From Kiloniellaceae bacterium (GTDB lineage Bacteria; Pseudomonadota; Alphaproteobacteria; Kiloniellales; J153): a stretch of 64,000 nucleotides of DNA. The translations under genes were made by a program, and so were the position numbers. The first letter of the stretch is position 1; each line of letters starts with the position of its first letter. Of this stretch, positions 28,762 through 37,521 are shown one piece after another. The DNA lies in assembly GCA_021776175.1 (NCBI GenBank), contig JAJFGJ010000017.1, positions 38,273-102,272 on the forward strand, written 5' to 3'. The notes beneath the pieces are model-generated. The model worked only from the letters and a program-made list of their open reading frames with translations, ran no database searches and was not told the origin of the DNA.

Positions 28762-30823
28762 CCTAACCGCAACGGAGTCCGCCGGCCGCGTGCGGCCTAA
28801 ACTGGGGCGGGACGATTGGGCCATGCGGGGCCTTATGGTGGCGATCGGGCTATATCTCATCGTCTCTCTGGCACTGCCGCTTTACGCCATGATGTCGAAA
28901 TCCTTTGAGATTTACGCGTATCAGCCGCAGCTGATTGAGTTTCAAGTTAACGAAGGGCAGGGCTGGAGGCCGGTACTTAACGCCCTGGATCTGGGCGAAG
29001 AGCTTGGCGTTCTGAAACGCGGTGAGTTGGTCACGACCGCCGACGGACGCTTGCAGGCGACCCGCTTTTTTCCCGACTTCAGCTTCTTGTCCGAAACCCG
29101 CTACCGGATACGCAACACCGAACCGGCCAGCGGCGGATTCATGATTCGCGGTACACGGATCGTCCATGACGAGTGGGTCGAGTATTCCAGCGGCGATTTC
29201 CGCCGCGTTACCCTGCGTCCGGGCATCAGCACCGGATTGGGTAATTACCTGTCCTATTTCTCGACCCCGGCGCTGTTTACCTCGATCTACAACAGCCTGA
29301 CAATCGCCTTGATCAGTACCCTGGTGACGGTGAGCTTGGCGTTCGGCTTCGCCTATGCCCTCACGCGCAGTTCCATGCCCTTCAAGGGGGCCTTCAAGGC
29401 CATCGCCATGGTGCCGATTCTGGTGCCGTCCCTGCTGCCTGGAATCGCGCTCATTTATCTGTTTGGCAAACAAAGCCTAGTGCTCAAGGTGCTGCAGTGG
29501 ATGTTCGGCGAAGAGGCGGTGGCGGGCCTGTGGACGAGCCTGATACAGGGCGCCTACGGTCCGACCGAGATCTACGGTCCGATCGGGATCGTCATAGCAT
29601 CGGTGTTTTTCACCTTTCCGCACGCCTTGCTGATCATCCTCACCGCCATGGCGATCGCCGACGCGCGGCTTTACGAGGCGGCCACGGCCTTGCGGGCGCC
29701 GAAGTCGCGCATCTTCTGGACCGTGACCCTGCCCGGCGCGCGCTACGGTCTGATCTCCGCCGGCTTCGTCGTCTTCAACCTGGTGATTACGGACTTCGGC
29801 GTGCCCAAGGTGATCGGCGGTCAGTTCAACGTCCTGGCGGTCGATATCTATAAGCAGGTCATCGGCCAGCAGAACTTTCAAATGGGCGCCGTGGTCAGCG
29901 TGGTCTTGTTGATCCCGGCCTTGATCGCCTTCACGGTCGATCGTTTCGTGCAGCGCAAGCAGGTGGCGCAGCTTTCGGCCCGCGCGGTCCCTTACGAGCC
30001 CAAGCCCAATCGCCGTTTCGATAACCTGATGCTGTCTTATTGCGGGCTGGTCGCGGTCTTCATCCTTGGCGTCTTGGCAGTCTGCCAATACGCCGCCTTG
30101 ATCAAGTTTTGGCCCTACAATCTGTCGTTCAGCCTGAACAACTACAACTTCGATGTGATGGATGGCGGCGGTTGGGAGGCTTATGGAAATTCCATCCGCC
30201 TGGGATTTTATACCGCCATATGCGGGACCGCCCTGGTGTTTCTTGGCGCCTATCTGGTCGAGAAGGGGCGGGGGTTCGGCTATGGCCGGGCCGGGTTCCA
30301 ATTTCTCGCCATGATGCCCATGGCGGTGCCGGGCATGGTCTTGGGCCTGGCTTACATCTTTTTCTTCAACGATCCAGCGAACCCGCTGAACGGTATCTAC
30401 GCGACCATGGGGATTCTGGTCGTGTGCACGGTCACGCACTTTTATACCGTCTCGCATCTGACCGCGGTGACCGCCTTGAAACAGATGGACCCGGAATTCG
30501 AATCCGTGTCCCAGTCCCTGAAGCAGCCGTTTTACCGGACCTTCGGCCGGGTCACGGCACCGGTGTGCGCGCCGGCGATCCTGGACATCTCGATCTACCT
30601 TTTCGTCAACGCCATGACGACGGTGTCCGCCGTGGTTTTTCTTTATAGCCCGGACACGACCTTGGCATCGGTCGCGGTCCTGAATATGGACGATGCCGGC
30701 GATGTCGCCCCGGCGGCGGCCATGGGCATGATGATTTTCTACACCAACGCCACCGTCCGCCTGGTCCATGCCTTTCTCACCAAGGGGGTTCTAACCCGCA
30801 CCCAAGCCTGGCGCGGCCGCTAG
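28754..30823 (+). CDS. AEP ABC transporter fused permease (PhnU2-like), 689 aa with a large extracytoplasmic insertion
   Basis: Two permease halves (LYEAATALRA; FESVSQSLK), TDFGVPKVIGGQFNVLAVDIYKQV, NAMTTVSAVVFLY. Confidence 0.88.
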   Translation: MANLTATESAGRVRPKLGRDDWAMRGLMVAIGLYLIVSLALPLYAMMSKSFEIYAYQPQLIEFQVNEGQGWRPVLNALDLGEELGVLKRGELVTTADGRLQATRFFPDFSFLSETRYRIRNTEPASGGFMIRGTRIVHDEWVEYSSGDFRRVTLRPGISTGLGNYLSYFSTPALFTSIYNSLTIALISTLVTVSLAFGFAYALTRSSMPFKGAFKAIAMVPILVPSLLPGIALIYLFGKQSLVLKVLQWMFGEEAVAGLWTSLIQGAYGPTEIYGPIGIVIASVFFTFPHALLIILTAMAIADARLYEAATALRAPKSRIFWTVTLPGARYGLISAGFVVFNLVITDFGVPKVIGGQFNVLAVDIYKQVIGQQNFQMGAVVSVVLLIPALIAFTVDRFVQRKQVAQLSARAVPYEPKPNRRFDNLMLSYCGLVAVFILGVLAVCQYAALIKFWPYNLSFSLNNYNFDVMDGGGWEAYGNSIRLGFYTAICGTALVFLGAYLVEKGRGFGYGRAGFQFLAMMPMAVPGMVLGLAYIFFFNDPANPLNGIYATMGILVVCTVTHFYTVSHLTAVTALKQMDPEFESVSQSLKQPFYRTFGRVTAPVCAPAILDISIYLFVNAMTTVSAVVFLYSPDTTLASVAVLNMDDAGDVAPAAAMGMMIFYTNATVRLVHAFLTKGVLTRTQAWRGR

Positions 30824-30872
30824 GGGACGGGTCGCGAATCCAACGCGGCGAAGGCGTCCGCGGCTGGAAAGT

Positions 30873-31610
30873 TCATCGCATGTCCCTGGAAAGCTTTGTC
30901 AGCGAGCAGGCGTGCAGGAGAATGGAGAGCGGCACGGCGAAGATCGGGACCATTACCATGGGATAGGTGCCGATCATTACGTTGGGGTCGTCTAGGGATA
31001 GTATCTGGAACCGTCCGGGCGAAGACAGGGTACCGAGAGTAACGGCCAGAATAAGATCGGCGATGCCCAAGGCGTTCCACCCGATCGCGGCGCCGCGCGC
31101 CGCGCGCCCTTTTCGCGCATAGAGATACGCCACGAAAACAGCGCTCAGACCGACCAGGATGTCACCGTAACCCGCGGGTATGGCGAAGATCCCCGGCAGC
31201 AACCCGTTCGCATGGGATATCAGGAAGATGATGCCCAGCGTCCGGTACACCTGAACGCCGACGAGCCAGTGCTGTGGCACGGCGGCGAGGACCCGGCCAA
31301 ACGCCCGCGACGACAGGATAAAGGCGATGCCGATAACAATCGGCAGATTGATGCCGTAAGCAATTGTCGGCGGGAGGGGACCGTCCGCCAGGGCGCGGTA
31401 AACTCCGGCCTGGGCGAGCCAGATGGCCACTAAGAACCACGTCACCAGAACCCCCGCGCTCAAGACGATAACACGGCGCGCCGCCACGTCGGCGCTGTCC
31501 AATCTGGACCGGACCATAAATAATCCCAGGAGGATCATGAGCACGACGGCGGCCACGGAACCCAGGACCGCGATCGACAGAGGTGAACTAGAGGGCATGG
31601 GTTTCCTCAA
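30873..31610 (-). CDS. Hypothetical multi-pass membrane protein
   Basis: About seven hydrophobic segments; QVYR, PAGYGDILVG, WNALGIAD, PLSILLH; coupled to the DUF2141-like gene. Confidence 0.75.
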   Translation of the reverse strand: MRKPMPSSSPLSIAVLGSVAAVVLMILLGLFMVRSRLDSADVAARRVIVLSAGVLVTWFLVAIWLAQAGVYRALADGPLPPTIAYGINLPIVIGIAFILSSRAFGRVLAAVPQHWLVGVQVYRTLGIIFLISHANGLLPGIFAIPAGYGDILVGLSAVFVAYLYARKGRAARGAAIGWNALGIADLILAVTLGTLSSPGRFQILSLDDPNVMIGTYPMVMVPIFAVPLSILLHACSLTKLSRDMR

Positions 31611-32047
31611 TAAGCCAGCTTGAGGGTAACGGTCAGGTGCTTGTCTTCCAGGGCCACGGATGCCGCGCCAAAGCTCGGTGGGCCGGCAAAACCCTTGGCA
31701 TTATTGCTGAATCCGTATCCCTCGTTCGGGATGCCGAGAAAATTGGTTTCGAGGACGCCGCTGCCGTTCTCGTCATGGAACGCCGAGACGGCATAGGTGC
31801 CCGGTGCAAGTTCCGGGAACCCAACGACGACGCGGCCGGGCTTGGCGGTCATGAAGGCGCCCGCGAACCGGGCATCGGCCTTGAATGCCGGGGCGTCGTT
31901 AAACAAGGCCACCATGACCGTGCCCTTGTCGCCGCGCACGCCATCGATGACGACCTTCAAATCGGCGGCGAGAGCGGCCGTCAGGACTAGCGGGGCCAGG
32001 AGCACCGCCAAGCTAATCGTCCCACGCACTGTTCGAGATAAAAACAT
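31607..32047 (-). CDS. DUF2141-like secreted protein
   Basis: Signal peptide; GTYAVSAFHDENGSG...NFLGIPNEGYGFSNN...GPPSF. Confidence 0.85.
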   Translation of the reverse strand: MFLSRTVRGTISLAVLLAPLVLTAALAADLKVVIDGVRGDKGTVMVALFNDAPAFKADARFAGAFMTAKPGRVVVGFPELAPGTYAVSAFHDENGSGVLETNFLGIPNEGYGFSNNAKGFAGPPSFGAASVALEDKHLTVTLKLAY

Positions 32048-32147
32048 AATAGCCTCACGGTTAGGTTGCCATAAACTATCTCTAGCATAGCGACTACAGA
32101 TAAACAAGTAACTTGCAATATGTGGCCTATCGGCGCATGTTTCAGGG

Positions 32148-32486
32148 ATGAAAGTGGCCTATGACAAGACCTGCCCCGTTGCGCGCGCTCTTTCGGTGAT
32201 CGGGGAGAAGTGGACCCTCCTGATTCTGCGCGATCTGCTGATGGAGGGGCCGCGCAAGTTCCAGGATTTCGAACGATCCTTGCCCGGCATCGCGCCCAAC
32301 ACCCTGTCGGCGCGCCTGAAGAATCTGCAAGCCAACGGCATAATCGTCAGTCAGCTCTATTCCCAGCACCCCCCCCGGCCGGAATACCTGCTCACGCCCA
32401 AAGGCAAAAGCCTAGGTAAGATCGTCGCCGCCATGCGCGACTGGGGACGGCGGTATCCGGGTACGGAAGAGGGGTCCGCGCCCTAG
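32148..32486 (+). CDS. HxlR-family winged-helix transcriptional regulator
   Basis: CPVARALSVIGEKWTLLILRDL, GIAPNTLSARLK, EYLLTPKG. Confidence 0.92.
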   Translation: MKVAYDKTCPVARALSVIGEKWTLLILRDLLMEGPRKFQDFERSLPGIAPNTLSARLKNLQANGIIVSQLYSQHPPRPEYLLTPKGKSLGKIVAAMRDWGRRYPGTEEGSAP

Positions 32487-32579
32487 GGAGATTCGCGCCC
32501 CCGCACTCGTGTCCGGGCTTGCGCTGTGTCTAAACAGGGTGTCCCATTCGCCTTTGTGACCGGCTCGTCGAGGGAAGAG

Positions 32580-33584
32580 ATGAAGCGCGCGGCCGAAGCG
32601 GATTCAGGCGGTGTTACCGGCGTGGCGGCAAGCATTCGCCAGGACCGGCCGTCGCTGGCGGCGATGTTGATGGTCGGCTCTTTGTGGATGCTGGGGCTCC
32701 AAGACTCGCTGGTTAAGCTGACGAGTTCGGAAGTTTCCCTGTGGCAGTTCCAGTTGCTTCGCTCGGCGTGCAATGTCGGGCTATTGATCTTGCTTTCGCG
32801 GGTTGTCTGGAGGAATGCCAGCCCGGCCCCGAAACGGCTTTGGGCGGTGACGCTACGCAGCCTGTTTCTTGTAAGCGCCATGATATTGTTCTTCGGCGGC
32901 GTGCCATTTTTAAGCTTGTCGGAGATCGCGGCAGGCCTCTACGTGTTTCCGCTTTTCGTGGCGGTCCTTTCGGCGCTGGTGCTTGGCGAGCAGGTCGGTC
33001 CGCGCCGCGTGGGGGCGATCCTGGCGGGCTTCGCCGGCACGCTCTTGATTTTGAAGCCCGGCACCGACTCCTTTCAGTGGGTCGCGCTCATGCCCGTGGC
33101 CGCGGGCCTGTGTTACGCGGCGACGATCCTGACGACGCGCAAGCTTTGCCGCGAGGAAAGCCCGGCGACGCTCGCGTTGGGCGTCTCCATCATGTTCATG
33201 ATAGCCGGCGTTGCCGGTATCGCCGGAACCGCCTTGATGGGGGGAGGCGATCTTGCAGTGCGATGGCCTTATCTTTTCACCGGCTGGCATGGGTTGGAGT
33301 TGTGGGTCGCGGCCGTGATCGTGGCCTGTTCGGGTCTGAATCTCGCTTCCAACATTGGCTTGGCCAAGGCCTATCAGAGCGCCGAATCGAGCTGGCTCGC
33401 GCCCTTCGATTACTCGTATCTGATCTTCGCCACCTTCTGGGGCGCGGTCATGTGGGGGCATTTCCCCGATGCCCTATCGCTTCTGGGCATGGCCATGATC
33501 GCGGCCTCGGGATGCTACGTCGCCTGGCGCGAGCGCCGGGAAAGCCGGATGCGGCGCGCCGACTTGAACCGCGCGCTCAGGTGA
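32580..33584 (+). CDS. DMT/EamA-family transporter (start uncertain)
   Basis: About ten TM helices; LGEQVGPRR, LAPFDYSYLIFA. Confidence 0.85.
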   Translation: MKRAAEADSGGVTGVAASIRQDRPSLAAMLMVGSLWMLGLQDSLVKLTSSEVSLWQFQLLRSACNVGLLILLSRVVWRNASPAPKRLWAVTLRSLFLVSAMILFFGGVPFLSLSEIAAGLYVFPLFVAVLSALVLGEQVGPRRVGAILAGFAGTLLILKPGTDSFQWVALMPVAAGLCYAATILTTRKLCREESPATLALGVSIMFMIAGVAGIAGTALMGGGDLAVRWPYLFTGWHGLELWVAAVIVACSGLNLASNIGLAKAYQSAESSWLAPFDYSYLIFATFWGAVMWGHFPDALSLLGMAMIAASGCYVAWRERRESRMRRADLNRALR

Positions 33585-33612
33585 CGGCGGTTCCCTTGGG
33601 GGCCTAGCGCCC

Positions 33613-34491
33613 CTATGCCCCCGCCGCCTGCTCCTTAAGCAGATCGAAGAAGGCGCGCACGGTGCGGACCGCGCGCCGGTCGGCCAGGCAGGCGGCGTAT
33701 TCGACCGCTTCCAAGGTGGTATCTCGCAGGGTCAACATGTGCAGGCGGTCGTCATGACCGAATTCGCTCTCGAAGACCACGCCGACGCCTAGGCCCGTGG
33801 CGACCGCTTCGCGCGCCGCTTCCCGGCTGCCGATTTCCAAGGTTTCTCCTAAGCTTACATCGGCATCTTTCAGAGATCGCTCGAATACGGCGCGGGTGTT
33901 CGATCCGCGCTCGCGCAGGATCAACCTTTGCCCGGATAGCTCCGCCAGACGGATGCTGCGCCGGGCCGCCCAGGGGTGGCCGCGTTCGACGAAGACGACC
34001 AGGCGGTCGCGGCGGAACGGCACCGCGTGCAGGCGCTCGTCCGGGGCCAGGTCGGGCACCACCGCCACGTCGCAGCGCCGGCGCAGGAGGTCGTCCAGGA
34101 CCTTCTCGGTATTGCCGAAGGTGAGGGATAGCTGAACCCCAGGATAGCGCCGGTTCAGGGCGGCGAGCATGGGAATGACGTTATAGGGCGCGTCGGCGCC
34201 GACCCGCAGCATGCCGCCGGTCAGGCCGCGCGCGGCGGCGAGTAGCTGCTCGGCCTCCAGTTCCTGGGCGAAGACCCGCCGCGTGATGTCGAACAGGGCC
34301 CGGCCCAGGTCGGTCAGCTCGACCCCGCGCCCCCGGCGCTCGAACAGCTTGACGCCATAGCGTTCCTCCAGCGCCCGGACCTGGCCCGATAGGGTCGGCT
34401 GGCTCACATGCCGGGCGGCGGCGGCACGGCTGAAACCGCCTTCGGCGGCGACCGCGTGAAAGGCGCGCAGGTGGATATGATTTATCGACAT
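33613..34491 (-). CDS. LysR-family regulator of aminoethylphosphonate catabolism (AepR-like)
   Basis: LRAFHAVA..GGFSRAA..VSQPTLSGQVRALE, LRERGSNTR; divergent from phnW. Confidence 0.85.
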   Translation of the reverse strand: MSINHIHLRAFHAVAAEGGFSRAAAARHVSQPTLSGQVRALEERYGVKLFERRGRGVELTDLGRALFDITRRVFAQELEAEQLLAAARGLTGGMLRVGADAPYNVIPMLAALNRRYPGVQLSLTFGNTEKVLDDLLRRRCDVAVVPDLAPDERLHAVPFRRDRLVVFVERGHPWAARRSIRLAELSGQRLILRERGSNTRAVFERSLKDADVSLGETLEIGSREAAREAVATGLGVGVVFESEFGHDDRLHMLTLRDTTLEAVEYAACLADRRAVRTVRAFFDLLKEQAAGA

Positions 34492-34498
34492 GGCCTAT
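34484..34498. promoter_or_regulatory. Putative LysR-type binding site (T-N11-A) over the regulator start codon
   Basis: ATCG-ACATGGC-CTAT imperfect dyad at the divergent junction. Confidence 0.4.
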
Positions 34499-34606
34499 AA
34501 TGAACATAAGTAGCATGGATTTGATTTATATCGCGACTTAGCCGAAAAAGGAAGCTACAGGGCGTTATTTGAAGGGAAGTGGCATTTAGCGCCGCAGTTC
34601 AACCTG

Positions 34607-34689
34607 TGCGTCCTTCGACAGGCTCAGGATGAGGGTAATCATGTGTGGCATAAAGAAAAGTCCTCATCCTGAGCCTGTCGAAGGACGCA
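34607..34689. repeat. REP-like element, family A: perfect 28-bp inverted repeat
   Basis: TGCGTCCTTCGACAGGCTCAGGATGAGG (34607-34) and CCTCATCCTGAGCCTGTCGAAGGACGCA (34662-89) with a 27-nt spacer. Confidence 0.85.
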
Positions 34690-34747
34690 TCCTTTCGGTC
34701 CAGGCCTTCTCTAAGCAGCGATGCAACAATATACCAAGGAGCCCAGC

Positions 34748-35893
34748 ATGACCTCGAATCCAGCAGCCAGCCCGACCGGCGATCCCTGGCTTTTGACGCC
34801 GGGTCCCTTGACCACCTCGCCCACGGTCAAGGAGGCGATGCTCCATGACCTGGGGTCGCGCGACCGCGGATTTATCGAGATCAACCGGCGTATGCGCGAG
34901 CGCCTGGTGGCGATCGCGGGCGGGGAAGGGACCCACGTCTGCGTGCCCTTGCAAGGCAGCGGTACCTTCGCGGTCGAGGCCATGCTGGGTAATTTCGTGC
35001 CGCGCGACGGCAAGCTGCTGATCCTGGTCAACGGCGCTTATGGCAAGCGCATGGCCAAGATCTGCGGCTATTACGGCCGGGCGACGGTGATCCAGGAAAC
35101 CCCCGAAGACGTGCCCGCCGACCCCATCGCGCTCGACACCGCCTTGGCGGCCGATCCCTCGATCACCCATGTCGCGGCGGTCCATTGCGAGACCACGTCG
35201 GGCATTCTCAACCCCATCGCGGCTATCGCCGAGGTCGTGGCCAAGCATGGCCGCGCCTTGCTGATCGACGCCATGAGCGCCTTTGGGGCCATTGCCCTGG
35301 ATGCGCGCGAGGTTCCCTACGACGCCTTGGTCGCGTCCTCCAATAAGTGCCTGGAAGGCTCGCCCGGCATGGGTTTCTGTATTGCCCGGATCGAGGCCTT
35401 GACGGCGGCTAAGGGCAACTCGCCGTCGCTGGCGCTCGATCTTCACGATCAATGGGTGGCCATGGAAAAGAACGGCCAGTGGCGCTTTACCCCGCCGACC
35501 CACTGCATTCTGGCCTTCGATCAGGCGCTCAATGAGTTTCTGGACGAGGGCGGCGCCGCCGGGCGCGGCGGGCGTTACCGCGCTAATTGCAAGATCCTGA
35601 TCGACGGCATGCGCGAACTTGGTTTCCAGACCCTGCTGCCGGACGACTTGCAAGCCCCGATCATCGTGACGTTTCATATGCCCAACGACCCGCGCTTCGA
35701 GTTCGAGGTGTTTTACGATTCCCTGCGCCGCAAGGGTTACGTCATCTATCCGGGTAAGTTGACAGTGGCGGATTCCTTCCGCGTCGGCTGCATCGGACGC
35801 ATGGGGGCGGAGCAGATGCAGGGCGCGCTGAACGCGATCAAGGAAACCCTGGCCGAGTTGGGTGTGAAGACCGGCGTCCCGGCCGCCGCGTGA
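34748..35893 (+). CDS. phnW: 2-aminoethylphosphonate:pyruvate transaminase
   Basis: LLTPGPLTTS, QGSGTFAVE, VHCETTSGILNP, IDAMSAFG, SSNKCLEG, QWRFTPPTH, IYPGKLT. Confidence 0.96.
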   Translation: MTSNPAASPTGDPWLLTPGPLTTSPTVKEAMLHDLGSRDRGFIEINRRMRERLVAIAGGEGTHVCVPLQGSGTFAVEAMLGNFVPRDGKLLILVNGAYGKRMAKICGYYGRATVIQETPEDVPADPIALDTALAADPSITHVAAVHCETTSGILNPIAAIAEVVAKHGRALLIDAMSAFGAIALDAREVPYDALVASSNKCLEGSPGMGFCIARIEALTAAKGNSPSLALDLHDQWVAMEKNGQWRFTPPTHCILAFDQALNEFLDEGGAAGRGGRYRANCKILIDGMRELGFQTLLPDDLQAPIIVTFHMPNDPRFEFEVFYDSLRRKGYVIYPGKLTVADSFRVGCIGRMGAEQMQGALNAIKETLAELGVKTGVPAAA

Positions 35894-35927
35894 CCCTGGG
35901 AAGAAACCACGCCGGGGCGGTGCAAGG

Positions 35928-36026
35928 CCCCCCCACCCTAACCCTCCCCCTCGAGGGGGGAGGGAATAGAAGGCAGGCACAATCCACTTCTCCCTCCCCC
36001 TTGAAGGGGGAGGGTTGGGGTGGGGG
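35928..36026. repeat. REP-like element, family B
   Basis: CCCCCACCCTAACCCTCCCCCTCGAGGGGGGAGGG ... CTCCCTCCCCCTTGAAGGGGGAGGGTTGGGGTGGGGG. Confidence 0.8.
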
Positions 36027-36058
36027 TGAAAGCCTCTCCACCGATAAGAGTCCGGTTC

Positions 36059-37453
36059 ATGTCTAGCTCCGACGATTTCGCGCCGCGCCAATCGGAAGGC
36101 GAGACCAACTTGTCGCCGCGCCGACGGGCCTGGGCGGCGCGCAGCTTGGATGCGGGGGCCCGGGCGCTGGTCGAGGCGGACGCGCGTCACTTTCTGCATC
36201 AGGCGGTCTCGACCCCCTGCCTGACCGCGATCCGCAAGGCCGAAGGTATCTGGATTGAGGATGTCCAGGGCCGCCGATATATGGATTTCCACGGCAACAA
36301 CGTTCATCAGATCGGCTATGGCCACCCGCGCCTGATCGCCGCGATCAAGGATCAGCTCGACGATCTGCCTTTCACACCGCGCCGCTTTACCAGCGATCCG
36401 GCCATCGCGCTCGCCGCCAAGCTGGCGGAGGCCGCGCCGGGCGATCTCTCCAAGGTCCTGCTGACCACCGGCGGTTCGGCGGCCATCGAGGTCGCGCTCA
36501 AGATCGCGCGCGCGGCGACCGGACGCTACAAGACGATTTCTTTTTGGGATGCCTTCCACGGCGCCGGTTTCGCCGCCGCCTCTGTGGGGGGAGAGCAGTT
36601 GTTCCGCTCCGGCGCCATCGGGCCGCTCCTGGCGGGGAGCGAACACGTCGCGCCCTTCACCTGTTTCCGCTGTCCCTATGGTCACCCCTGCGATGATAAC
36701 GGCGCGCCCAGGCTCGATCTATGCCACATGACGTGCGCGAACTTCTTGCGCTATGTGCTTGAAAAAGAGGGCGACGTCGCCGCCGTGGTGGCGGAACCAA
36801 TCCGCGCCGTGCCGACAATTCCGCCGCCAGGTTTCTGGCAGGCCGTGCGCCAGGCTTGCGACGACGCCGGCGCGCTTCTCATCTTCGACGAGATCCCAAC
36901 CGGCCTGGGCCGCACCGGGCGTCTCTTCGCCTGCGAGCATGACGGTGTGACGCCCGATATCCTGGTCCTCGGCAAGGGCCTGGGCGGCGGGGTTCTGCCC
37001 ATCGCGGCGGCCATGGCGCGGCCCGGCCTGGACGTCGGCGGGGATTACGCCTTTGGCCACTACACCCACGAGAAGAATCCGGTGACCGCGCGCGCCGCCC
37101 TGACCACGCTGCAGATCATCGAGGACGAGGGCCTGGCCGGGCGCTCCGCCACCTTGGGACGGCGGGCTTTGGCCCGGCTGGAAGAAATGAAATCGCGCCA
37201 CCCCCTCATCGGCGATGTGCGCGGGCGCGGCCTTCTGCTCGGCGTCGAGTTGGTGCGGAACCGTGAGACCAAGGACCCGGCGCCCGAGGCCGCCGAAAGT
37301 ATCCTCTACCGCGCCCTCGACAAGGGCCTCAGCTTCAAGGTCAGCATGGGCAGCGTCATCAATTTAAGCCCGCCCCTCACCATCGCCGAAGCCGATCTCG
37401 ACCGCGCGCTGGATATCCTGGAAGCGTGCATTGGGGAGGAAGAGGGGGACTAG
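36059..37453 (+). CDS. pbfA: (R)-1-hydroxy-2-aminoethylphosphonate ammonia-lyase (class III aminotransferase fold)
   Basis: N-terminal SEGETN..RRAW, FLHQAVSTPC, MDFHGNNVHQIGYGHP, GHYTHEKNP, GLSFKVS; adjacent to phnW. Confidence 0.8.
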   Translation: MSSSDDFAPRQSEGETNLSPRRRAWAARSLDAGARALVEADARHFLHQAVSTPCLTAIRKAEGIWIEDVQGRRYMDFHGNNVHQIGYGHPRLIAAIKDQLDDLPFTPRRFTSDPAIALAAKLAEAAPGDLSKVLLTTGGSAAIEVALKIARAATGRYKTISFWDAFHGAGFAAASVGGEQLFRSGAIGPLLAGSEHVAPFTCFRCPYGHPCDDNGAPRLDLCHMTCANFLRYVLEKEGDVAAVVAEPIRAVPTIPPPGFWQAVRQACDDAGALLIFDEIPTGLGRTGRLFACEHDGVTPDILVLGKGLGGGVLPIAAAMARPGLDVGGDYAFGHYTHEKNPVTARAALTTLQIIEDEGLAGRSATLGRRALARLEEMKSRHPLIGDVRGRGLLLGVELVRNRETKDPAPEAAESILYRALDKGLSFKVSMGSVINLSPPLTIAEADLDRALDILEACIGEEEGD

Positions 37454-37521
37454 GCCCGCTTCACCCTTGGAACACGCGAATATCCACGTTCTCCGCTATT
37501 ACCGTGCCTGCCTATCCTCTG

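Noticed and set aside
22747-36026. Repeated arms with variable spacers as a CRISPR array
   Set aside because: The copies are isolated inverted pairs about 13 kb apart, not tandem repeat-spacer units, and no cas genes are present.
34664-36685. Long antisense ORFs (673 aa here; also 22470-23903, 29477-30769, 51502-52794)
   Set aside because: These are shadows of well-supported sense genes. Stop-poor antisense frames are expected at this GC content, and they carry no motifs.
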